A model generated the notes under the pieces. That model saw nothing but the letters and a program-made list of their open reading frames with translations. It was not told where the DNA came from and did not search any database. DNA of 64,000 nt from Eledone cirrhosa (lineage: Eukaryota): NCBI GenBank assembly GCA_964016885.1, contig OZ024746.1, forward strand, positions 28,458,001 to 28,522,000, in the 5' to 3' direction. The position numbers and the translations under genes were made by a program. The first letter of the stretch is position 1; each line of letters opens with the position of its first letter. This document shows positions 42,882-54,627 of this stretch, in pieces.

Positions 42882-43414
42882 CACATACATATATGATTGT
42901 GTGTGTGTATATGTATGGCATGGATGTTTTAAATTACCATCTTACATCCAACCATTAACTGAATGAGCATGCAATACGTGTAAGTCGTGTGTAAATTATA
43001 TTTTCTGAAGCAAAAAGTGGCTGTAACTTCGAAGTTTCTGTTGCGTGGCTTCCATCTAGCTGTCAGCTCACTGTACGTTAGCTGACCTGCAAATAATTTT
43101 GAGATTGTTGGTTCAGGTCACTTGTTCGTATTCTGGATTAAAGAATGTGCGTTATTCTTAGATTCTTACCTTCGCTATCTCTTATCCATTCTATCGTATA
43201 CGATAGCCGTAATAGCAGCTTCCCCTGATAATAACAAATGTTCTGTAATTCTGTAGAATTGGCAGCAATTTATTTAATGGCTCCCTTATTGATTTGGGCA
43301 CGTTTCAGCTTCCATAGTTAGTGGTGATAATCACATCAAAGATAATTGATTTCCTATATACATGTATACACACACAAACACACATACATACATGTGTGTA
43401 TACACACACACACG

Positions 43415-43537
<123 letters not shown>

Positions 43538-43950
43538 GTATATACATATATATATATCCCGGCCATGTATGACGCATTTCAAGTGTATGTGTGATGATGG
43601 TAGCGGTGGTATTAGTGGTTGTGAGGTTAGGGGCCGTCTGCGGTAGTGGTTGTGGCATTGATGGTTATGTTGGTGGTGGTACCGAGTGGTATATGAAAGA
43701 CAATAGGGAACACGTACTTTCTACTTTTCTACGTGATATGTTGGAGGTTATTGTGAATATATTCCCTTGAAAGTGAGTAAAATAGATTAGCCAGCAGCAG
43801 TGACATTGGTGAGGTGAGGTCAAAGGAGGGGTCAAATGTAGGAGGTGGAGTCATGGTAACTAGCTTGTTGTGGGTCATAGTAACCTGCATTTATGCACAC
43901 TAAACATAAGCACAACACCTGTCCAAGGATATATTTATGTGTGTATGTGT

Positions 43951-43986
<36 letters not shown>

Positions 43987-44051
43987 TCAAACACAAACAC
44001 AAACAAACCTCCCACACATATGCACACACACACACGTATATATATATATAC

Positions 44052-44146
<95 letters not shown>

Positions 44147-44299
44147 GTGAGTGAGTGTGTGTGTGTGTGTAAAAGAGAGGGAGAGAGGGGGAGAGAGAGA
44201 GATTACGGGCGAAGCACTTTACGATTTTGTATAAAGAGCGAATCGGCAATGATATCAGCTTGCTTCGCCCAATTCCGAGTACATAGGAAGGTAGAAGCC

Positions 44300-45205
44300 A
44301 GTTTGACATTCTTCTTCTTCATGGAAGGGTCCTGGAAGCTGAGTTCTCAAGTACTCCTTCTAACTATAGGTAAGGGTGGGGACAATTACCGAATTGAAGA
44401 CAGTGACTTTGGTTTTTATGCCTACCCACCTTCTTCTGATGACCGAACGCTGCAATTCTTGCATTTAATTCAGTCTCCTGCTTCCCATCACTCGGAAACG
44501 TGGCCCTGAGATACTCGAACTTTTCCACATGCTTCCACATGCTTCAGTGAGACTCTACTCACATTTAGAGAACACTGTTCTGGCTACCTAGAGCGGGCGA
44601 GTTTCTCAGTCTTCTCAGCTCTGATTGTCATTCCTCCGATGCAGCACTGAGCATTAAACCTATCAAATGTATATCGGAGATCACCTTCTGGCGAATTAAG
44701 TAGTACCAGGTTGTTTGCAAATTGCAGCCACTGGTTACATTACCATTTCCAACCCAGCTGCGCATGTCTATCCTGTCCATGTAGATTATGAACAAGAGAG
44801 GTGAGAGAATGCACCTATGACGGAGTCCGACACCTATATTGAATGGTTATGACTAGCACCATTTATCCGAACTCAATTACACGAGCTTTCATATAGTGAG
44901 CTCAGGTCAACGAGAAGCTATCCACAATAGGTCCCATGGAATGTGGTCAAATGCCTTTTCGAGGTCTACGAAACAAGAATACATATATTTACAATACTCC
45001 CTTATATCTGAAAGACCTGCCGCAGTGTGAATAATTTGTCGACTGTGCTGCCTCCCAGACAAAATCCACACTCTTCATCAGCTTGCTTGGACACAATAAT
45101 CTCCCTACATCTCTTTGCCAGACACTTAGTCTAGACTTTACCGAGGAAGCTTAACAAGGAGATCCCTCTTTAATTGGAGCAATCTCTTTTGTCTCCTTTT
45201 TTTTA
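44300..45205 (-). mobile_element. RTE-type LINE RT remnant
   Basis: Minus-strand peptides CFVDLEKAFDHIP and PFNIGVGLR..CILSPLLFIIYMDRI. Many disablements. Confidence 0.75.
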
Positions 45206-45871
45206 AACACTGCAATATCTCTAGACACAGCAAAGGTAGTCATGTAGATATTTCTTCGCGCGCGACAAGGGACGTGTTCAGGCCTTAGCTAGAGAAGCCT
45301 GTTCGAAAAGTATATTGACTTCTCCACCGAACGCTGAAAAAACTGGCGAACAGCCTGCGGCCGGTACTGGGAGGCGAAGGATGGAAGCATAAATGGTACG
45401 TTTTACATAGTTTAAAATAATACATGTATATACAAACACACACACACACGCACACGCACACACACACACACATACATATGTATTTATATATATATACGGT
45501 TACTATTTTGCATGTTTCTTTCACCTGTGTCTTCCCACGGTGGGACCTGTACACTTTTTTTCTCCTATTCCTTTCCTATTTTTTCCCCTTTTCCCTTCCC
45601 GCTTTCTTCCTCCTTTCACTCTCTTTATTTTCTCTCTCCTTTTTTCTTCCCTTTTTTTCTCTCTTTCTCTCTCATTTTCCACCTGGCCTTTTGATTAATA
45701 AAAGGCCTCGGACGCACCCGAACTACACTGATGTCCTGTAATTCAGTGCCGAAACATCGGATGGGGAAACATTTACAGCTGACGATGGAAACTCCTTTCT
45801 GCCTTTCTCCTCCTGGTCCGTCCTAACCACCATCCTAAACCTTGGTTTTAGTAACCTCACAGCTCCTTTCG

Positions 45872-45911
<40 letters not shown>

Positions 45912-46079
45912 CGATGGAAGTGTGTAAGGAACCAGGTGGACCATAATGCACAAGTGTAATCGATACTTTGGGTAGTAGAGTGGGTAATAGGAAAAGCTTC
46001 AGGACTCTGATGGCTATTTCTGGACAATAAATGGTCGTCGAAACGGCTTGAGCTCCGCCGTCGGGGTCCTGAACCTTTT

Positions 46080-46118
<39 letters not shown>

Positions 46119-47236
46119 CAAAGGAATTGTGATAAGGAACCAAATGAACCATAACGCACCTTACTCAATGCTTAGGGTAGTAGAGTGAGAAATAGGAAAA
46201 AGTACGACCCCAACGGCAGAGCTCAAGCCGTTTCGACGGCTATTTCAGGACTAAATTAGAATTTTTAGCCTGGTCAATAAATAGCCAAACTTTTCCCTTA
46301 TATGGGAAGATTGTAGTTGTCTAGAGGATTGGTTAAAATTTGTTGTAAACACAAATAAGTCTATCGTGGCATTTGGTGGTAAGTAGGGGTGGCTGAACTT
46401 GCCTGTAGAACAATAGGGGAATGAGTGGAGCGGCCAAGCGTTGAAAGTGATATGTATACAGCAGATTCTAAGGATAGTGTATGAAGTGAGGGAGGGAGGT
46501 TATAGAATAGGTAAATCGAAAGAGAGTAGGAGACAATAAAAGATACTAGAAAGAAATTTAAAAATATATATATATATAAAATTAGATAGTGAGAAATGAA
46601 TAAAGAAATCACAATGCTATCTTACAATAACAGGTTAATAAGTTGAGAATAGAAAAAACTTATAGAAATTACAAAACAGATACAAATTTTAAGGGGTTTT
46701 TAACACATCTGCTATAAGTAGTAAGTAAAACGTATTCGGCCAATTCTATCTTAAAATTACAGGGGTGGGGAACTGATGCTACAAGGCCCGATTGGCTGAT
46801 TGAAGTGTTAGGATGAGACAGGGGGAAGAAGGAGACAAAGAGGAAAAGAAAAGAGATACATTTACCTATGTAAGCTGGGGTTTGCCTAACTTATTCGGCA
46901 AGTGTGTGTGTGGGGGGGGGGGGTATAAGCCCCCCCCCCCCCCGGTCGTTATGGGGTTTAAGGGCGAGGTAATCCTACACAATCTGTGTTTGCATGCGGT
47001 TATCAGTTCATCTTTCTTGTTTAGGAGTTGGTCCTTCAAAAACAGGATTTGTAATATCTCCTCCGAGCATAAGTTACACGGACGGCGTCCTCCCCTTTGT
47101 AAGAGTTAGCTCTGGACAGTAATCTCCAAGTGAGATTGTAGGTTATATTGTTAACTTGGAGGTCCCAAATGTGGCCCGAAAGTGTAGTGGCATGTCGCCG
47201 AACCGGGTTTCGGAACGTGTGTCGGTGTTAGGCGTT
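45912..47236 (-). mobile_element. Second, 5'-truncated PLE: GIY-YIG C-terminus (46950-47236), 3' UTR and terminal repeats
   Basis: HRHTFRNPVRRHATTLSGHIWDLQVNNITYNLTWRLLSRANSY / GRRPCNLCSEEILQILFLKDQLLNKKDELITACKH (one frameshift). Terminal segment repeated at 45918, 46123 and 3138. Confidence 0.75.
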
Positions 47237-49976
47237 TAGGACAGGCATCGCAACCGACTCGCTTGCGGCGAGATTGGCACTCGACCGATTCTTCAACGCA
47301 AAACACGAAGGCTGCGTTGTCAGAGCTAGAGCGCGTGCTCTGAAAGACGAGGAGACAAAAGCCGTCCAATGGGCCCGGTGGCAGAGGCGCGACGTGGCAA
47401 CAAGTCCACAATTCGGTCTTTGTCTGACCAAAACGGGTGCGTGATTCTCGAACCCGAGCGGATGTGTGAAGCTTTTCAGCAGCACTTTGCTGAACTGTTC
47501 GGGAGCAGCGGCGGCCCGGATCGGGGCATGGACTTCAGTGCATAACTCGACGGACTGCCTCGGCTCTCGACGACCGCAGCACAGTGTTGCGAAAAGTCAA
47601 TAACAGCGGTGAAATACGGGAAGAGATGGCTAACTGCACGAGGGGTAAATCGCCAGGTTTGGATGGTCTGCCCTACGAGCTTTATGCATTTATGCCAGAC
47701 TTGTTCGGTGACCTCTTGGCAGACATCTACTGCAACTGGCAGCGGAACGGGAGCATTCCCAGTTTTGTGAGCCGGGGAGCGGTGGCGGTGCTGAGAAAAG
47801 ACCCGAACAAGGGGGACATTATCGATAATTTCATGCCGATAATCCTGCTAAACGCAGAGTTCAAGATTTTGGCCAAGGTGGTAGCAACGAGGTTGGCGCT
47901 TGTCAAGTGTCTGGTGGGAGAGATGCAGACATGCGCCATTCCGGACAGATCCATACACGACAACCTCCACCTCATGCGATACATCATAGTGAGGGTGGTT
48001 AAGGAACCTGGCACGGGTGGGGCCCTGATCAACTTGGATCAATCCAAAGCATTTTATAGGGTCGACCATCGGTACCTGGCGGCGGTCCTCGAGGCAGCCG
48101 ATTTCGGGCCCGTTTTCAGGGGTTGGATCGCAGCGATGTACGGCGACATCTGCTCAGTTGTGAGGGTGAACGGTCACCTGTCGCAGCCGTTCAGCATCAT
48201 GCGCTCGTACCTCTTGTACGTATTGGCTCTCGAGCCGTTACTGCACAAACTGGGGGCGATGAGGGGCGTCCCACGCAAACTAGGGTGCGGGAAATCTGAG
48301 TCGGCTTACGCCGACGACGTCACTGTAGTGGTGTTGAGCACCAGAGACGTGCAGATGCTCGGCACCGCTCTCAAGGAATACGAAGCGGTGACAGGAGCAA
48401 AGATAGACCAGGAAAATTCGGTGGGCTTGCAGCTCAGCACCTGGAGAGGCATGTCCATGGCGTCCGACAGCGTCGTGGGGCGTTGGACGGACGGAGCGGT
48501 TAAATTGCTCGGGTCTGGTTCGGACTGGACCTCCAGAAGGAGAAAACTGGAACGAGGTCACGAGCAAGGTGGCATCCCTCACCCAGAAATGGGCCGAGAG
48601 GAAGCTGTCCCGGAAAGGCCGGGCGGAGGTGGCGAATGCGTACATCGCACTCGTCATTTGCTACCGCCTAACCGTCGTCCCTTGCTCCGGCCCAACTCTC
48701 ACCAAAATGGAGCGCCTCCTCTTCCACTTTTTGTGGAACGGACGCGCTCCCATGGTCAGACGATCCATCTCCTGTCAACACCCGTTGCGTGGAGGACTGG
48801 GCATGGCATGGCTGATGATGCGCAAGCATGCGCTGAAGCTGCGACATCTCTGGTCCTTCCTTGACGGTGAACAGGTGTGGTCGCCGTTCGCCAGGCACGT
48901 TTTCCCACAGCTCGTCTCCTTGACGGAGCTGCAGTCCTGGGTCAGAAAAAAACCGAGGGATAGCGCTTGGAAACTGGAATGTCACCAGGCGCTCACTGAC
49001 CTCTACCAGCTGCGCACCAGTATCGGTGGAACATCCACCTCGGCGTTCTATAGAGGACTAGTGGAGGGGAAGAGCGACGACGTTCTCGGAGAGATCCTGG
49101 GCGTCGAAGAAGATCAGCTGTTTGCTCTCTTCCGGAGAGAACTTTCAGCCCAGGGCCTATGGATAACTTCCAAAAATCCCTGGCCTGGCACTGCTACCAG
49201 GGAGCGCTGCCAGTTCGAGATAAGCTCTACAGGCATGGAAGTGCCCACAGCTGAGCCTGTCCGAGATGCGCGAATAGCGACGAAACCGTTGTGCACGCAC
49301 TCGTTCAGTGCCCGAGCATTGATGACTTGCTGGTGCGTGTAGGACTGATCCGGCTATCGACTGAGTACATTGTGCAGATGGTCTCGTCGTCTTCCTTCGA
49401 GGAGAAAGGGCAGGTGGTTTTCATCTGCCTGGTGGCCATAGCGAAAGAGATTGTGTGGTGAACAAGGTTGAAAGGGTTAAAGACAGACACTTTCCTCTTC
49501 GGCAAATCCCTAATTAACTTTTTCAAGTTTCACTTGAAGAGGAAAATCAGGGTGGAGAGGCAAGTGCTGTATTCTAGCAGGTTTGTTGAAAGGTGGGTGA
49601 ATGTAGCGAGAATGGTCCGAGTGAACGGGACCGCTCTGAATATACGTCTGTAGTTTGAGAAATGGAAAAATTGAGAGAGGGCGCTTGCCCTGGTGGGCAG
49701 GGTGGCCGTGGTTTTTTGTGTGGTTTTCGCCACGAGTAACCCTCGGAGGTTTCCCCCCTATTGGGGAATTTTTCATTGTTTCAATTTTCATTTTTATTGT
49801 TTATATATATATGTGTTTCTATGTCCTTTTTTTCTTTTCTTATGTAAATAATAAAAATATTTACACGCACAAAACCCACATCGTTACCGTCCTGTACCGT
49901 CCTGTGTCGTCTGTAATGTTTTTCTTGATGTCAGCCCTTGTGGCCAATAAAGAAATCATTATTATTATTATTATTG
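47237..49976 (+). mobile_element. 5'-truncated L1/Tx1-like LINE (ORF2 pseudogene)
   Basis: GKSPGLDGLPYE, INLDQSKAF, YADD (~48307), CPRC..ET..HALVQC zinc finger, AATAAA and (TTA)n tail. Frameshifts, and the QGCP motif is deleted. Confidence 0.9.
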
Positions 49977-50189
49977 AATGCCATGGTTGACGGAGGCTCG
50001 GCTCTGTAAGGTATAGTAAATTTTAACCGCTATAACAATTGTAAATTGTTTAAAACTTTAACCAGATTGTAGACAAAAACACCCTCCTCCTCGTGAGAGG
50101 GGTCTTTCTGTCCTTTATTTGGCCCTTCGGGGTCAAATAACCGCTTATTGGGGTTTTGTGCCCAATATTTATTTTAAACCCCCAAAAAA

Positions 50190-52338
50190 CATGGCTACAA
50201 AAAAGAATTTTCACAAGTCACTGTCACTCATTCCGTTTTCTTCTTCCTCAATCGTCACTACACCAGAGAGAAGATTGTCTCTCTCCATCCCTTCTCTTTC
50301 GCAAGCCACGCCAGTAAAGAAAAAGCAAAATATAGTTTCTGATAGTTTCCAAGAGCACGTGCAAACAGAGGAACATTTCTCCACGACGACGACAACGACG
50401 AAAAATGTGTGCGGTAAATACGGAAACCCATTTCATTCGTCTGACGTCATGAATAATAGCAGTAGCAGCCGTAATAACAGCAGCAGCAGCAACAGTGACA
50501 AGGAAATCAACAGTAGCAGCCGCAACAGCATCAGCAGCAGCATAAACAGCAACAGCATTAACAGGAACAGCAACAGCAGCAGCAGCAGCAGCAACAACAA
50601 CAACAACCACAGAAACAGCGGCGGCGGCAGTAGTCGTAGTACCTGCAGCAACAACAAAAGTAACAGCAGCTCTGACGACAACAACAACAACAACAACAGC
50701 AGCAACAGCAAAGAAAAACCAATTTCGTTTGCAGGTATCGCAAAGAACCTGGAAACCATCCTCACAACAAATGAGGAATTACAGGAAGCGAAGAAGATGG
50801 TGACGAAAACCGGACACCGAGCAATCTGCAAGGCAGCCGAAACATTTTTCGAAACCCAACAGCACTGTACGGTCACGTACCGTACAGTAAGCACAAAATC
50901 CCGTAGGGTTGAAAGAGCCACAGAGGCTCAAATACAAAAAGCCTTAGGGTCTGTGTGGCAGCGGAAAACACATATCACCCGAGGCAAGAAATATGCCACC
51001 GTAGACGTGCTTTTGCCACACCCCAGGAGGCAAAGGCTCAATCCTTAGTGACCCTAAGGAGCGAGGAAATGGTGTTGGTGCCCTCCTACTGCGGGCAAAA
51101 AATTGTGAGGGTCAAACTGACCCACGTCTCCCCCGGGATGGCCCCTTCTTGGCTGGCCGCGTCTGTCCTCGTCGGAATCGAGGACAAAACAACTGTACTG
51201 CAAGTACAGAAAAAAGTAAGAGAAGATTGGGTTGGCACCTCCATTGAGATGTTAATCCAAACCAACCAGGAGTGCATCGAAGCTATCCCGGATGTGATAG
51301 ACTTCGATAACGGCACTCAACTGCCCATAATTGTTGAGGGCAACGCCCGAAATGCTTTCGCTGTGGATCAAAGACTCACCTCAGGGCCTTCTGCAACGAG
51401 AAGACCCTGAGAAAGGAGAAAACCCCCCTCCTTCCGGAACCGGCTCCACTGCTACCAGCAACAGGACAAGCGGCAACCAGGAATGATAGGTCCGTGGCAC
51501 CCATACCCACGCCACGGAAATCAATAACAGCAGCAGCAGTGGAAGTATTAACAACAACAACAGTAATACCAAATGCAGCTGCAACAGAGACTCCACTGCA
51601 AACATCACCAACAACAACAAGTGAAAGAGTGGAGCTGGTACCCCTCCCCGACCTCACAGAATCAGACATGGAGTGTGAGGTGGGAGAGGGATGGAAAAAG
51701 GTCGTAAGAAGGCACAAACGCAGAAGCAGCGCATCGTCGCCTTCGAAAAGGGAGGAAAGAAATGAAAAAAGGGTAAAGGCTACTGCAAAGTGACTCACAG
51801 CAGCAACACCGCCAACACCATCACCACCCACACTAGCACCACCATCACCACCGGCGACAACCCCACCGCCAACAACAACAACACCTTCAACACCACCACC
51901 ACAAGCACCAACATCGCAAACACAACAACAAAACACACACACCCAGCAACAACGACAAGAAAATCGCAGAACCACAGCGACCCCCAGAAAAACAAATGCA
52001 CGGCAATAAATACACACAACAAGAAACTAATGACTTACATAATTGAACACACAGACATTTCACAGCACGACTACATAATACCAGCACCAATCAAAACGCC
52101 AACGAACATAAGACTGGTAAAAATAGCACAGAAACAATACACAAACATTAAAACGAAATTCCCCAACGCAGTTGGTGATTTCAGAGACCTAGGAGGGACT
52201 CTCAACCGGAGAGTATATTCGGACATACTCATAGAAGAGCCGACGACCAGTCGAAGGGACGATTCAACGGTCCCTTCACCAGACGATCAAGTGAAAAGGG
52301 ATGGAGAAACCATCCTTCCTCTACGAAAAGTACGGTAA
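50190..52338 (+). pseudogene. LINE ORF1 (gag-like) with CCHC zinc knuckle, frameshifted
   Basis: CFRCGSKTHLRAFC (CX2CX4HX4C) at 51353-51394, Ser/Asn and Thr tracts, directly upstream of ORF2. Confidence 0.7.
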
Positions 52339-52373
52339 GTGGTCTTTCCCATCTTTTCCACTCCATTTTAAAC

Positions 52374-54044
52374 ATGACCTCACTCAGAATAGGCAGCATA
52401 AATGCGCGTGGCTTGGGGTCGTCATGGAAGCAGGGTCACCTGCTCAACGACCTCAGGTCACTAAACATAGATGTAGTGGCCATCAGTGAGACCAGAATTT
52501 CAGAAGCACGGGTCTGCTCTGTTGGGATAGTGAACGGTCACCTTTCGGAACCGTTCAACATCATGCGCTCGGTCCGCCAAGGATGTCCCATCTCGTCCTT
52601 CTTGTACGTATTGACTCTCGAGCCATTACTGCACAAACTGGAGACGTTGAGAGGCGTCCCGCGCGAACTAGGATGCGGAAGATCCGTGTCAGCATATGCG
52701 AACGATGTCACCGTAGTGGTGTCGAACGCCAAACACATCGAGGCGATCGGCACTACATTAAGAGAATACGAAGCGGTGACAGGAGCAATGATCAACCAGG
52801 AAAAGTCAGTGGGCCTGCAGCTCGGCACCTGGAGAGGCAGGTCCACGCCGTCCAACAGCGTCGTCGGACGCTGGACGGACGGACCGGTTAAATTGCTAGG
52901 GGTCTGGTTCGGTCCGGACCTCCAGACGGACAAAAACTGGGATGAGGTGACGAGCAGGATGGCTTCTCTCACCCAGAAATGGGCGGAGAGGAAGCTATCC
53001 CTGAAAGGTCGAGCGGAGGTGGCTAACGCGTACATCGCGTCTGTCATCTGCTACCGCCTGACCGTCGTACCTTGTCCTAAGCCCCGCCTGACTACGCTGG
53101 AGCGTTTGCTCTTTCGCTTTTTGTGGAAAGGACGCGCTCCGATGGTCAGGCGGTCCATCTGCTGTCAACACCCGCTAGGTGGAGGGCTGGGCATGCCGTG
53201 GCTGATGATGCGCAGACACGCGCTCAGGCTACGACATCTCCACCTCTTCCTCGACGGTGATCAGGTGTGGTCTCCGTTTGCTAGACACGTATTTCCCCAG
53301 CTCGTTTCCTTGACGGAGCTGCAGTCCTGGGTCAAGCGAAGACCGAGATGGAGCGCCTGGAGACTGGAATGTCTTTAGGCGCTCACAGCCCTCAACCAAT
53401 CGGGCAATGTGATCGGTGGAAACTCCACCTCGGCGTTCTATAGAGGATTAGTGGAGGGGAAGAGCGACGGCGTACTTGGGGAAACTCTAGGCGTCGACGA
53501 AAATCAACTAGCCAATCTCTTCGGAAGAACTTTCGGGCCGGGACCTATGGACAACTTCCAGAAATCTCTGGCCTAGCAGTGCTACCGAGGAGCCTTGCCA
53601 GTTCGGGATAAACTCTACAGGCATGGAGGTGCCGTCAGCGGGGCATGTCCGAGATGCGCGCAGGGCGACGAAACCGTCCTGCACGCACTCGTCCAGTGTC
53701 CGAAAATTGCTGACTTGTGGTTTTATGTCGAACACCTGCTGTCGCGTGTAGGACGGATTCGGCTATCAGCTGAGTCCATCGTGAGGATTGCCCTGCCCTC
53801 TTCCTTTAGCCGGGAAGGGCAGGCAGTTTTTATCTGTCTGGTGGCGATGGCGAAAGAGATAGTATGGTGGACACGTTTGAAAGGGCTGAAGACGAGCACT
53901 TACCTCTTCGGTGATGCCCCGATTAACTTTTTCAAATTTCATTTGAAAAGGAAAATCCGGGTAGAGAGGGAAGTGCACTCTTCCCAGCATTTTGTTGAAA
54001 GATGGGTCAGAGAAGCAAGAATGGCCCGAGTGACGTATCTGTAA
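52374..54044 (+). pseudogene. LINE ORF2: APE endonuclease N-terminus fused to the distal RT and zinc finger
   Basis: LRIGSINARGL..DVVAISETR joined directly to SVRQGCPIS..YAND. CPRC..HALVQC present. Internal stops at 53376 and ~53574. Confidence 0.85.
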
Positions 54045-54293
54045 ATTAAAGGTGGAAAACTGGGAGAGGGCACTTGCCTTGTTGGTCAGGGTCACTGTGG
54101 CCTTTGACTGGGCTTTCTCCACAAATGTCCCTCCGAAGTCTCCCCCCTATTGGGGAATTTTTCATTGTTATTTTTTTTGTTACATCCTCTGTTTTTGTTT
54201 TTTACACGCAGAAATGCCCATTTGTACCGTCCTGTATTGTCCTGCACTGTCCTTAATGTCTACTTTATGTAAACCCCTGTGGTTAATAAAGAA

Positions 54294-54341
<48 letters not shown>

Positions 54342-54500
54342 ATAATACAAGGATGATTTGTAAAGCCTTCATTACGTTTAATGATTGCTGACAAGTACTT
54401 CGCTATTTATCCCCTCAGGGTTCGATCTGTATCCATCTCGCCCGACTCTGGAATCAAAATCTCGTCGAACCTCTACTGTTGTAATGACATTACACTCCCT

Positions 54501-54559
<59 letters not shown>

Positions 54560-54627
54560 CGTGTATGTTAGCAGAATACCAGTCAAATATAGCGAGGCTC
54601 ATTGTAAAAATAAAATTTCATATTTAA

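Larger units (their letters stand above)
49977..54345 (+). mobile_element. L1/Tx1-like LINE with 5' UTR, ORF1 and internally deleted ORF2
   Basis: ORF1 pieces, ORF2 from 52374, 3' UTR homologous to the preceding copy, AATAAA and (TTA)n tail. Confidence 0.9.
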
